Positions 47,706 through 60,952 are shown, numbered from the stretch's first letter. The stretch is 64,000 bases of DNA from Squalus acanthias (GCA_030390025.1 CM059431.1:94862001-94926000), one strand, 5' to 3'. The notes: a model not told the origin generated them from the letters alone. Program-made: numbers and translations.

Positions 47706-50700
47706 GCGAACACACTAACCACAGGCGAACACACTAACCACAGGCGGACACACTAACCACAGGCGGACACACTAACCAAAGGCAGACACACTAACCACGG
47801 CGGACACACTAACCACAGGCGAACACACTAACCACAGGCAGAGACACTAATCACAGGCGGACACACTAACCACAGGCGGACACACTAACCACAGGCGGAC
47901 ACACTAACCACAGGCAGACACACTAATCACAGGCGGACACACTAACCACAGGCAGACACACTAACCACAGGCAGACACACTAACCACAGGCGAACACACT
48001 AACCACAGGCGGACACACTAACCACAGGCAAACACACTAACCACAGGCAGACACACTAATCACAGGCGGACACACTAACCACAGGCAGACAAACTAATCA
48101 CAGGCAGACACACTAACCGCAGGCGAACACACTAACCACAGGTGGATACACTAACCACAGGTGAACACACTAACCACAGGCGGATACACTAATCACAGGC
48201 GGACACACTAACCACAGGCAGACACACGAACCACAGGCGAACACACTAACAACAGGCAGACAAAATAACCACAGGCAGACACACTAACCACAGGCAGACA
48301 CACTAACCACAGGTGGATACACTAACCACAGGCGAACACACTAATCACAGGCGAACACACTAACCACAGGCGAACACAATAACCACAGGCAAACACACTA
48401 ACCACAGGCAGACACACTAATCACAGGCGAACACACTAACCACAGGCAGACACACTAATCACAGGTGAACACACTAACCACAGGCAGACACACTAACCAC
48501 AGGCGAACACACTAACCACAGGCAGACACACTAACCACAGGCGAACACACTAACCACAGGCGAACACACTAACCACAGGCGAACACACTAACCACAGGCA
48601 GACACACTAACCACAGGCAGACACACTAACCACAGGCGAACACACTAACCACAGGCGAACACACTAACCGCAGGCGAACACACTAACCACAGGCGAACAC
48701 AATAACCACAGGCGAACACACTAACCACAGGCAGACACACTAACCACAGGCAGACACACTAATCACAGGCGAACACACTAACCACAGGCGGACACACTAA
48801 CCACAGGCAGACACACTAACCACAGGCAGACACAGTAACCACAGGCGGACACACTAACCACAGGCAAACACACTAACCACAGGCAGACACACTAATCACA
48901 GGCGGACACACTAATCACAGGCGAACACACTAACCACAGGCAGACACACTAATCACAGGCGAACACACTAACCACAGGCAGACACACTAACCACAGGCAG
49001 ACACACTAATCACAGGCAGACACACTAAACACAGGCAGACACACTAACCACAGGCAGACACACTAACCACAGGCGGACACACTAATCACAGGCGGACACA
49101 CTAACCACAGGCAGACACACTAACCACAGGCAGACACACTAACCACAGGCAGACACACTAACCACAGGCAGACACACTAATCACAGGCAGACACACTAAC
49201 CACAGGCGAACACACTAACCACAGGCGAACACACTAACCACAGGCGAACTCACTAACCACAGGCAGACACACTAACCACAGGCGAACACACTAACCACAG
49301 GCGAACACACTAACCGCAGGCGAACACACTAACCACAGGCGAACACAATAACCACAGGCGAACACACTAACCACAGGCGAACACACTAACCACAGGCAAA
49401 CACACTAACCACAGGCGGACACACTAACCACAGGCAGACACACTAACCACAGGCGAACACACTAACCACAGGCGAACACACTAACCACAGGCGAACACAC
49501 TAACCACAGGCGAACACACTAACCACAGGCAAACACGCTAACCACAGTCAGACACACTAACCACAGGCGGACACACTAACCACAGGCAGACACACTAACC
49601 ACAGGCGAACACACTAACCACAGGAGAACACAATAACCACAGGCGAACATACTAACCACAGGCAGACACACTAACCACAGGCGAACACACTAACCACAGG
49701 AGAACATACTAACCACAGGCAGACACACTAACCACAGGCAGACACACTAACCACAGGCGAACACACTAACCACAGGCGAACACACTAACCACAGGCGAAC
49801 ACACTAACCACAGGCGAACACACTAACCACAGGCAAACACGCTAACCACAGGCAGACACACTAATCACAGGCGAACACACTAACCACAGGCGGATACACT
49901 AATCACAGGCGGACACACTAACCACAGGCGAACACACTAACCACAGGCGAACACACTAACCACAGGCGGACACACTAACCACAGGCAGACACACTAACCA
50001 CAGGCAGACACACTAACCACAGGCGGACACACTAACCACAGGCGAAAACACTAACCACAGGCAGACACACTAACCACAGGCAGACACACTAACCACAGGC
50101 GAAAACACTAACCACAGGCGAACACACTAATCACAGGCGGATACACTAATCACAGGCAGACACATTAACCATAGGCGGACACACTAACCACAGGCGGATA
50201 CACTAATCACAGGCGAACACACTAACCACAGGCAGACACATTAACCACAGGCGAACACACTAACCACAGGCAGACACGTTAACCACAGGCGGACATTTTA
50301 ATCACAGGCAGACACACTAATCACAGGCAGACACACTAACCACAGGCGAACACACTAATCACAGGCAGACACACTAATCACAGGCGGACACACTAATCAC
50401 AGGCGGACACACTAACCACAGGCGGACACACTAACCACAGGCAGATACACTAAACACAGGCAGACATGCTAATCACAGGCGGACACACTAACCACAGGCG
50501 AACACACTAACCACAGGCGGACACACTAACCACAGGCAGACACACTAACCACAGGCAGACACACTAACCACAGGCAGACACACTAGCCACAGGCAGACAC
50601 ACTAACCACAGGCGGACACACTAATCACAGGCGGACACACTAACCACAGGCGAACACACTAACCACAGGCGGACACACTAACCACAGGCGGACACACTAA

Positions 50701-51975
50701 CCACTGGCGGACACACTAACCACAGGTGAACACACTAACCACAGGCGGACAAACTAATCACAGGCGGACACACTAATCACAGGTGGACACACTAACCACA
50801 GGCGGACACACTAACCACAGGCGAACACACTAACCACAGGCGGACACACTAACCACAGGCAGACACACTAACCACAGGCAGACACACTAACCACAGGCAG
50901 ACACACTAACCACAGGCGGACACACTAATCACAGGCGGACACACTAACCACAGGCGAACACACTATTCACAGGCGGACACACTAACCACAGACAGACACA
51001 CTAATCACAGGCGGACACACTAACCACAGGTGGACACACTAACCACAGGCAGACACACTAACCACAGGCAGACACACTAATCACAGGCAGACACACTAAT
51101 CACAGGCAGACATACTAATCACAGGCGAACACACTAACCACAGGCGGATACACTAACCACAGGCAGGCACACGAACCACAGGCGAACACACTAACCACAG
51201 GCAGACACACGAATCACCGGCGGACACACTAATCACAGGCGGACACACTAACCACAGGCGGACACGTTAACCACAGGCAGACACACTATTCACAGGCGGA
51301 CACACTAATCACAGGCGGACACACTAACCACAGGCGGACACACTAATCTCAGGCGTACACACTAACCACAGGCGAACATACTAACCACAGGCGGACACAC
51401 TAATCACAGGCAGACACACTAATCACAGGCGGACACACTAATCACAGGCAGACACACTAACCACAGGCGGACACGTTAACCACAGGTAGACACACTAACC
51501 ACAGGCGGACACACTAATCACAGGCGGACACACTAACCACAGGCGGACACACTAATCTCAGGCGGACACACTAACCACAGGCGAACATACTAACCACAGG
51601 CGGACACACTAATCACAGGCAGACACACTAATCACAGTCGGACACACTAATCACAGGCAGACACACTAACCACAGGCGGACACGTTAACCACAGGTAGAC
51701 ACACTAACCACAGGCGGACACACTAATCACAGGCGGACACACTAACCACAGGCGGACACACTAATCTCAGGCGGACACACTAACCACAGGCAGACATACT
51801 AACCATAGGCGGACACACCAATCACAGGCAGACACACTAATCACAGGCGGACACACTAATCACAGGCGGACACACTAACCACAGGCGGACACGTTAACCA
51901 CAGGCAGACGTGTGAACCACAAGCAGAAATGCTAACCACAGGTGGACACACGAACCATAGGTGGACACATGAACC
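47706..51975 (+). repeat. 19-bp satellite (CACACTAACCACAGGCRRA)n, ~4.3 kb
   Basis: Direct periodicity of 19; sharp left edge, degenerate right edge. Confidence 0.97.
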
Positions 51976-53224
51976 GGCAACTCTACTTTTCTATTTTCTG
52001 CCGGGTTGCTCACAACAGTGCACAGTCTGTCATTCCTGAAGACTCCAGGAATAGGAGGGTTGGCAACCTGAATTATACTGAGTTATACTAGGGGTTCCAA
52101 ATTAGCCTCTGGCTCTGGAAATTGACTCAGCAGCCTGTGGATAATGCGTCCCTTATGGCTGAGCTAATCTCTGAAATAAGCAGGCCTATCTTTGGATTAG
52201 TCCTCCACTCTCCTCAGCCCTCTCCCAGAAAATACCTGTTTCATGAAATGCAGATGAAAAATATAGTTTATCTGCTGTACACCACAGAATGGACGCCTGT
52301 ATTACATGACATTAAATGAGGTTAATGTCAAACATGACTCAGAGAGCTTGTTAAGTGATTATATGAATCATACAGACAAGGGAAGTCCCAGTTTTAATCC
52401 AGTTTCTGCTGTCAGCTGGGCAGGAGAGGGGTATTTCATGTGGCCTTGTTGAACCTGGTGTGATGAAGGGAAAATTTCCCACAAAGGATTGTTATACATC
52501 GACTCGTTTGTGGACACTGGTGGAGGTCAGGCTCAGGTTTACTTGCGAATTACCTGCCAAACTACAAAAGCATCAAAAGCAGCAGCTTCAAAAGAGCCAA
52601 AATGTTAAAAACAGGACCTGATGACTGGTCATGTGAAGACAAAGTGATAAATTTTACAAATTTTTGGGGCCTGCTAATCACCATGTCTGCATTCCTAATG
52701 TACACTCCTGTCAACAAAGCTCCACATACGGAGAGAGAATTTGCAAAAGTTAAAGGGGGAGAAATTCGGTTGGTTAGCGCCTCCCGTTAGCACCTGGCAG
52801 GGGCACTAATGGGGCGCTAATGAAGTAGCGGCAGGACGAGGCGAATCCAGCGCCGCACGTCAAATCCAGTCGCCCCATAGCGTCGCCGTGAACAGTTAGC
52901 GCCTGGGGCTTTAGCGCCAGGCAGATCGTGACATCAGTGAGCGTGCAACGCTTACTCAGCACCCAATCTGCCAAATTATTGCCCCCTGCCTTAGCGCCTC
53001 GCCCTGACAACGACAGGAAGAGGAGACGTGAAGCAGGCGGATGGCGGCTCCAGGGGCGCTATTTAAAGGGATCAGTCGCAGCTGTCAGGTTAGTGCTGTC
53101 TCACTGCTTCCTTGTCAGTTTGTGATTGTGCAAAAGTTTAATTCAGTCATTTAAAGGTTCATCAGTATCAGGAGTGTTGTGGCTACTAAAAATTTGTTAC
53201 TTTATTCTGACAAAATTTCAAAGT

Positions 53225-53597
53225 GCGACACTGGCCGTCGACCTCGCCCTCCAGAATCTACTGCAGAAGGAGCGGAGGCAGCGAGAAAGATTGCAAGATG
53301 TGGCCAGAGGGAGTAGGAGGGCCATGAGGGCTCTCAACAGGAGGCTTACCCTCCAAGGGTATTCCGAGAGCACTTCTCCTACCTCCAATTAAGCGAGGAG
53401 CAGTGCATTAGACGGCTCTGCTTCAGCAAGGATGTGGTCACTGAACTCTGCCACCTCCTGCAACCAGACCTCGAGCTTCAGATCAGGGTGACCACGGCTC
53501 TCTCAGTGGCAGTCAAGGTCACCTCAATTTCTTCGCCAGCGGTTCCTTCCAGTCTGCAACCGGAGATATAGCGAACATCTCCCAGTTTGCCATCCAT
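53225..53597 (+). pseudogene. Harbinger transposase, N-terminal fragment
   Basis: YPPRVFREHFSYLQLSEEQCIRRLCFSKDVVTELC...LNFFASGSFQ...ISQFAIH. Confidence 0.88.
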
Positions 53598-55072
53598 CGT
53601 TGGATGGTGGTTGACCCAGCCACGATGGCAGCAGTCAGATCTTGCGTGGCATCAAGCTGAGACTGCATGAGAGCAGTCTGAGAATTGATGGCACCAAGCG
53701 TAGACTGCATTACAGCACTAAGACATTGTGTGGCTTCCGCCTGTTCTGCAATGGAAGCTGCAACATCGCTCATCACACGCGGCATCAGGTCTGGGTCGCC
53801 ACGGTCTCTCTGGGAGTCCACCATCCTTTCCAGACTGGAAATGATGGGCTCCATGGTATGTGCAGAGCTCTGTGCAATGTTGGAGGTGGACTCCTCCACG
53901 CTCCTTACCATTGCCGAGAGGCTCTCAGGCACCCTTGCCATTTCACCTATCATCTCCGTGTGCATGCCCATCACCCTTCTTCTAAAGGACTCCCCATCGA
54001 GGTCCTCATCTGAGTCCTGTGCAGCAGAATCCACGTGCGAACTCGCCCTCTGGGGAGCTGACTCCCGAACTACCCTCTCCCCCTGGCCTTGCTGCAGCCC
54101 GCTCGTCCCCAGTGCATCACCCTGTGCAGATCCCGCTACTATATTAGCCTCTAAATAACGCGTAGTGCCAGTATCTGAGCTGGTGCCTGTGGGTGAGAGA
54201 TGCAGTGATGAGGTGTGTTCTTTCTCCTCCTCTCCCGCCTCGCTCTCTATGGTACCCTCAGGGATGGGCTGCTCAGTTGCTTGCTGATTATCTGAAAACA
54301 TAAAGGCAGAAGGCAGAAGAGTCGGGTTAAGATGAGGGGAGGGGGGCAGGACAGGAGAAATGCATGCATACAGCATGATTAGGCTTGTGGGGTGAGGGGG
54401 AAGTGGGATGTGAGAAGAAGGAGTAGGGATGAACATACCGTTATTGTCCCCAAGGGGGGTCAACGTCGCCGGAGGCCACGGCGCCCACCACCTGGTGCCC
54501 AATGATTTGCAGCACTCTTTCCTCCAGCTCAGAAAGTGGTTGGGTGTCAGGTTGTTCCCCTCCTGTGCGCTCCTGCTCCCTCCTGTTGTGAGCGACCTTG
54601 GCCTGCAAGAGAAAGGAAAGTGTGTGAGCGAGTGTGGAGCAATGTGTTTGGGTGATGTGCTTGCCATAGTTGAATAGCTGTTATTGTGTGCAAGGTGTGA
54701 GATGTGGGTGTGAGTGTTGGTAGGTGGAGATTGTTGGTGGGTGAGTGCTGGGGGTGTGGTGCATTGGGCAGTGTGTGCAGACTGAGGTTCAGATGGTGGT
54801 ATGCAGCATTTGTTGAAGCATTGACTCACCCTGACCACCCGAGTGAGGTCGTTAAATTTCTTCCTGTACTGTGTGTGGGTCCTGGGGACCACAGTGCTGC
54901 CCGAGACATGCTGGGCTGCCTCCCTCCACATGGCGCGGAAGACTTGCGGCGAGGGCCTCCTGCCACTTGTTGGGTAGAGCACTGCCCTCCGTCTCTCCAC
55001 AGCGAAGACCAACACCTCCAAAGCCTGGTCGCAGAATCTGCGAGCTCTCTCCCTGGGCCTTTGATCTGCCAT
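53598..55072 (-). pseudogene. Harbinger Myb/SANT-like gene; exons 55072-54830, 54602-54439, 54291-53598
   Basis: All GT/AG sites present; one extra base in a 6-nt run at 54454-54459 frameshifts exon 2; 3' end deleted. Confidence 0.88.
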
Positions 55073-56446
55073 AATGACACCTCCTTCAGTGGTGCGGTTC
55101 CTTCTCCTTGGCCTTCTGCTGCTTGCTGAGACAGCTGCAGAACCAGCAATGCTGAGAATGAGGTTCTGCAGCATGATTGAACCTCCCCTTTAAGAACTGG
55201 AAAGAGCCTGTGGCGATGATAACTAACGATTCGACTGCACCTGAAATTGTTTAGCGCTTTGAGTGTAACGCCACTGAGCTAGGCCGTTAGTGCTTGATTT
55301 AGCGCTCCCATCCTTTCTTTGAGCGATGACACTGAACTTTGCGTGCAACGAGATTCATTAGCGCCTGGTGCTAAATCTCAAACTTTTCCGAAGTTAGGGC
55401 CCATTCCTGGGAGATAATGAATTTCGCCCCCAAAGAGTTAGGCTGAACGTGCAGCTGAATGCAGTTTGTTACGATTAATATACCAATGTTCCACCACTTG
55501 TATTCCCACCTTCACACCGTCACCTTGTGAGGCCCAAAAGGATCCATCTTTGGCCACCTCTACTTCCTTATCTGCATGCAGTCTATTGGCGACATCATCT
55601 GCAGACATCAGATCAGCTTCCACATGTATACTGAGGACACACATGGTGGAAACTGGGCAGTACAGAGTTAAAATCAAAGCTCTAGACTTACTGTTGGTTT
55701 TCCACCGTGCTGCCATCTTCCTGCCGCTGGTTTAATAGGCAGCTGAGGTACCTGCTTGACTCAGGCAGGAGCCTCCTGAATACATTTAAATCAGAGTCTA
55801 TTTTTACGGCCTACTTGTCAGATCGACCGCCGTGGACACTCCACTCATTAGAGCCTGTCAGCCAAGAAGTGGAGGCCCTCAAAGGACAGTGAAAAAATTA
55901 TTTTTGAGGGGCCTTGAGGAGTAGGCTGTCCTGAATCCGGTGGGCTGCATCAAGAAGCCCATTTATGATGGGCAGCTTGTCGGTTCTATTTAAATGAGGC
56001 CTGGCCCTCAAAATGGTTGGGCCTTTTGTTGCACTTCTTGACAAGAGCTAATCAGAGTAAGGCACATTCTGGGCTAAGGAAGTCACTGCTTACTTGGATA
56101 ATTATAGCAAAATGAACTTTAACTTTGAGTTTGTGACAGCTGAATTAGTAATGTGTATTTTTTGGCACTTTGTTTATTTTTGGAGGGTTCTGCCCCAAAT
56201 CTTTGCCAGAAATAATTATGACTGTTACAATCAACATTCTAGAAATTAGGAAGAATTGTCCTCTTTGGGGCAGAGTTATAGACATTTATGCTGCAGAAGG
56301 AGGCCGTTTTGCCCATCGTGTCTGCGCCGGTTGAACAAGAGCTATCCAGCCTAAACACACTTTCCAGCTCTTGGTCCGTAGCCCTGCAGGCCCGGCACCT
56401 CAAGTGCACATCCAGGCACCTTTTGAATGTGATGAGTGTTTCTGCC

Positions 56447-56787
56447 AGTGCTTCATTGTCCAAGGTGCTGTCTTTCAGATGAGATGCTAAATAGAGGCTC
56501 CACCTGCTCTCTTATGTGGACATAAAAGATTTCACAGCTGCATTCGAAAAAGAGCAGGCAAGTTCTCTCAATGTCCTGGCCAACACGTGTCGCTCAACCA
56601 ACACTACAAAAAACAGATTATCTGGTCATTTGTCTCATTGCTGTGTGTGGGACTTTACTGTGCGCAAATTGGTTGCCACCTTTGCCTGCATTATAACAGC
56701 TACACACTTCAGAAGTACGTCATTGGCTATGAAGCACTTGGAGTACGTGAAAGGCATTACACAAATTAAAGTTCTTTCTTGCATCTT
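56447..56787 (+). mobile_element. Deu-domain SINE (duplicate of 37515-37855)
   Basis: Same Deu-domain motifs; a further decayed piece at ~57500-57630. Confidence 0.75.
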
Positions 56788-57689
56788 TCCACATTGTGAA
56801 ATGAGATCATCACATGGGCTCAATTCTGAGAATAAGTGATTACCTTCTACAGTTTCATCACTACCAATTGCAGCATAAAAGCTACACGCTGCACTTGATT
56901 AGAGTTACAAAATCCATTTGTGCACTTAAAACATAATCGGTAGATAGCAAGAGCAATATTATCATGGGAGGATGGGTTGTAACAAGGGATGCTTTGTCTT
57001 GTATCTATTCATTTTCATATTTAATAATGCTTTTGCTAATGTTAACTGTCAGTAGGACACTGTCTACACTGTTCTGATAACTGGTCCTGACTGAAGCAAC
57101 ACAAAGGTAGGATAGGGATTTAGCACAAAAACATTGGGAAAAGACTCATATTTCACAGCAGCACACCATATTTTGCAAGTGGAAAGAAAAGTTGCTGAGC
57201 AGCAAATCCAAGCCATAAACTATCCTGGCAAAACATTCCAGACTGCATTTTATGCTCCTTATTAAAAAGCTTTTGTTTGCCTTCTTTTCATAGCCCCTTC
57301 TCCAAGAGGCCAGCTGTTTCCGATACTAGGTGCTTTTATGGTGGAGTGGGTTTTCTGCCCATCCCTCGGTATTCACCCAACCTCCAACACATTTTCCTGG
57401 GATGAGGTTCATTCTGTATACATGATGGGCTTCCAGCAGGATTCTCACCCCGAAAAGGGAGCCCATCTGTGCAGGGGCGGAAAATCCTGGCAGTGCCATA
57501 ATGTCCCGGCCAATATTCTTCTCAGTCGAAACAGATTACCTGGACATTCATTTCATGTGCTGTTTGTGAGTACTTGCTTTGTGTAAATTGGCATTTACAT
57601 TTTCTTACAAAACAACGGTGACTACACTTTACTTTACAGCAGCTATACTCTGAATGGAAGTACGCTGGGTGCTGCGGAAGAGCAGATGG

Positions 57690-58345
57690 AGTTGGGTGGA
57701 CAGGTTCACAGGACATTGAATGCAGCACCTCAGGTTGATAAGGCCATAAAAGAAAACTAATGGAATTCTAGCTTTTATCACAAGAGGTATAAAATATAAA
57801 AGCCAAGAGGTAAAGATAAGTCTAAATAAAACCTTAATAAGACCTGTTACAGTATTGTGTGCAGTATTGGGCTCCACACTATAGGAAGATATTGAGGTTT
57901 TAGAGAGAGTACAATGCTGATTTACTTGGGTGCTGCCTATTATGAGGAAATACAAATATGGGGAATAACTTGAACAATTGGTTCTTGTTTTGTTAGAACA
58001 ACACAGATTATGGAGAGATATGATAGAAATGTTTAAAATTCTGATGATGGACAAGGTAGATAGAAGCAGATTGTTTCCAGTAGTTGAGGGGTCAACAACA
58101 AGAGGCCATAGACACAAGAATAAATGTAAGATATTTAGAACAGAGGGCAGAAGAAACTTCTTTACACAGAGAGTTGAGGCTGTGGAATTCACATCCAGAG
58201 TTAATGGTTGTAAACATTCAAGATTAGATTGGATGGGTGGGTGAAGGGATATGAGAACAGTGATGAGTGCCTATTTGCTTGTGTGGAGAGTAAATGCCGA
58301 CATGGACTGGTTGGACCGAATGGGCTGTTTCTGTGTATTTCTATA
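57690..58345 (+). mobile_element. Old CR1 3' fragment
   Basis: RLWRDMIEMFKIL...TRGH...RNFFTQRV. Confidence 0.8.
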
Positions 58346-58426
58346 TACAGTTTCCACCACTTACATCATCCCCGTTTATCCAGGACAAATATCGGACAAA
58401 TAGCATTGACCATTTCCCACTACACT

Positions 58427-59235
58427 GGGTGTAAATTACAAAGGCCCCGCTGAACCCGCCGGGTGGGCCGACTCATGTCAGGCAGCTCAAGCAGCTGTTT
58501 GAATGTGATTACCTGTCATTAAGTCCTAACCCCAGTGTGAGTCCAAACAAGTGACGTTTCGCAAGCAGTTTTCCCATCCAGTAAACTATTAGCAGCAAGC
58601 ATGCAAGAGTTCTTGAAATACAATTTCATTGCAATGGGAAGTTATTGGGAATAAAACAACTTGTGTTACCGTTTGGTCCAGATTCGGGGACACCTTCCAC
58701 CTGCCCCGTCACAGTCCAAACGACTTTTAAACGGTCCAGGGCTTTAATCTCAGCAAAGTTAACAGATTCATCAGTGTATTGACTGCGGGCACAAGGGCCG
58801 TTAACACTGTTGGAATATCCGGATTTTCCGGGGCCTATGATTGTGTACACGGTGTGTACGCGGCCGTAAGTGTCCCGCAAGTTCCAGGTTTCCACGTGCG
58901 ATGCACATCTTCTTGACAGATCATCCACATCCCGGAGAAATGGACATTCGCTGGCGGAGGATTTGCCCAACTACTGCCCAGCGAATGCCCATGAAACTCT
59001 TACACCTGGTAAATTTTTTAAAATCATTTTAACATTCAAAAACCTGTAAAATAAGTTTGTGTTATTTTTGGCCCTTTGAAAAATGTAAACATTTATTTTT
59101 CAAAAAATTAAATTTTTCTTTTAAATGTATATTGTATTTTAATTAATTTTAAACATGTAATGATTTTTTTTATTTCAGTGTTGTTAAAATGTATTTTTTG
59201 GGTAATTCCTATTAAGCTTATGGGGATTCCGTACG
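58427..59235. mobile_element. Probable DNA-transposon (Harbinger-like) fragment
   Basis: Starts GGGTGTAAATT; CpG-rich subterminal region followed by an AT-rich interior; second TIR not found. Confidence 0.4.
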
Positions 59236-59239
59236 TAAC

Positions 59240-59599
59240 TAAGAACATAAGAAATAGGAGCAGGAGTAGGCCATTTGGCCCATCGAGCCTGATCTGCCAT
59301 TCAATAAGATCATGGCTGATCTTCTACCTCATCTCCACTTTCCTGCACTATCCCCATATCCCTTGATTCCCTTAATATCCAAAAATCTATCAATCTCTGT
59401 CTTGAATATACTCAACTGTCCTCTGGGGTAGAGAATTCCAAAGATTCACCACCCTCTGAGTGAAGAAATTTCTCCTCATCTCAGTCCTAAATGGCCGACC
59501 CCTTATTCCAAGACTTTGGCCCCTGGTTCTAGACTCCCCAGCCAGAGGAAACATCTTCTCTGCATCTACCCTGACAAGCCCTGTAAGAATTTTGTATGT
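59240..59599 (-). mobile_element. CR1 3' end (continuation of 46350-46578)
   Basis: Reverse complement begins ACATACAAAATTCTTACAGGG, the exact CR1 continuation after GAAACAT. Confidence 0.9.
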
Positions 59600-60096
59600 T
59601 GTAAGGGGTTTTGTCGTGCTTGTATCACAGACGGTGCTGGTGCGAGGTTAGGCCTTCGTTGCCTAATACTATTGCTTGCTCTGATCTCCGGCCAGCCTTA
59701 TTGCAATAAGCACCTGTGAGTGGTTCGACCCACTCGCCCTTACAGTTCTAACACTGGACTTAGGTGCAGGAGCAGTAATGCAGAGAAAAACTCAAATAGA
59801 CCCGATTGAATAGTACGAAATGGAAATCTTTATTGCATAGCGTCCAAAATCATGAAGTACATGTCATAGGCGCAAATTAACGAGAGTACAAGTATACATA
59901 CATTCATAAAGCTTGGTCTATGGTAATGAAGAACGCACGGCACATCGTAAAAAGGGGAACACATTATACTTTATCCTTAATAAAAACACCCTCCCTTATC
60001 AATACCTACACTACGTCTAGATTTGTAGGATCGAGAAACATGCTCACCACTCGTGATACTTCGGAGAATTTTAAAGTGAGGCACTCGGCTCGTTCG
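59600..60096 (-). mobile_element. 3' part of the solo LTR (497 bp), inverted
   Basis: Minus strand ends CCCCTTACA followed by ACAT; minus-strand AATAAA at 59829-59834. Confidence 0.8.
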
Positions 60097-60900
60097 CTGT
60101 GATTAGTGTGTCCTCCTGTGATTAGTGTGTTCGCCTGTGGTTAGTGTGTTCGCCTGTGGTTAGTGTGTCTGCCTGTGGTTAGTGTGTCCACCTGTGGTTA
60201 GTGTGTCCGCCTGTGATTAGTGTGTCTGCCTGTGGTTAGTGTGTCTGCCTGTGGTTAGTGTGTTCGCCTGTGGTTAGTGTGTCCGCCTGTGGTTAGTGTG
60301 TCTGCCTGTGGTTAGTGTGTCTGCCTGTGGTTAGTGTGTTCGCCTGTGGTTAGTGTGTCCGCCTGTGATTAGTGTGTTCGCCTGTGGTTAGTGTGTTCGC
60401 CTGCAGTTAGTGTGTCCGCCTGTGATTAGTGTGTCCACCTGTGGTTAGTGTGTCTGCCTGTGGTTAGTGTGTCTGCCTGTGGTTATTGTGTTCGCCTGTG
60501 GTTAGTGTGTCCGCCTGTGATTACTGTGTCCGCCTGTGATTAGTGTGTTCGCCTGTGGTTAGTGTGTTCGCCTGTGGTTAGTGCGTCTGCCTGTGGTTAT
60601 TGTGTCTGCCTGTTGTTAGTGTGTCTGACTGTGGTTAGTGTGTCCGCCTGTGGTTAGTGCATCTGCCTGTGGTTATTGTGTCTGCCTGTGGTTAGTTTGT
60701 CCGCCTGTGGTTAGTGTGTCTGCCTGTGGTTATTGTGTCTGCCTGTTGTTAGTGTGTCCGCCTGTGGTTAGTGTGTCCGCCTGTGATTAGCGTCACCACC
60801 TGTGGTTTGCATGTCCACCTATGGTTTGCCGTTTCACGTGTCTGCCTGTAATATGTGTGTCTGCCTGTGGTTCACGCATTCACCTGTGGTTCGCGTGTTT
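60097..60900 (-). repeat. 19-bp satellite in reverse orientation
   Basis: (CCTGTGGTTAGTGTGTYYG)n; sharp left edge, degenerate right edge. Confidence 0.97.
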
Positions 60901-60952
60901 GCGCCCAGCCGATATTAGCGCCCCAAATTGGGCGATACCGAATTTCTCCCCC
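60898..60952. mobile_element. Isolated Harbinger terminus
   Basis: GCCGATATTAGCGCCCCAAATTGGGCGATACCGAATTTCTCCCCC, compare 27939-27983 and 27700-27747. Confidence 0.85.

Larger units (their letters stand above)
52755..55431. mobile_element. Harbinger transposon 3, internally deleted
   Basis: TIRs GGGGGAGAAATTC...GAATTTCGCCCCC; TSD AAA/AAA; transposase 5' part fused to the Myb 3' part near 53597. Confidence 0.9.
53597..57409 (-). repeat. Arm 2 of the segmental duplication
   Basis: Reverse complement of arm 1 without the CR1 insertion. Confidence 0.97.

Noticed and set aside
47706..51975. CRISPR array or telomeric tract
   Set aside because: Contiguous 19-bp units with no unique spacers and no cas genes; only one GGTTAG per unit, not (TTAGGG)n
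53519..55174. 551-aa ORF as a real protein
   Set aside because: Reads through two introns, takes exon 2 out of frame and ends in antisense transposase sequence
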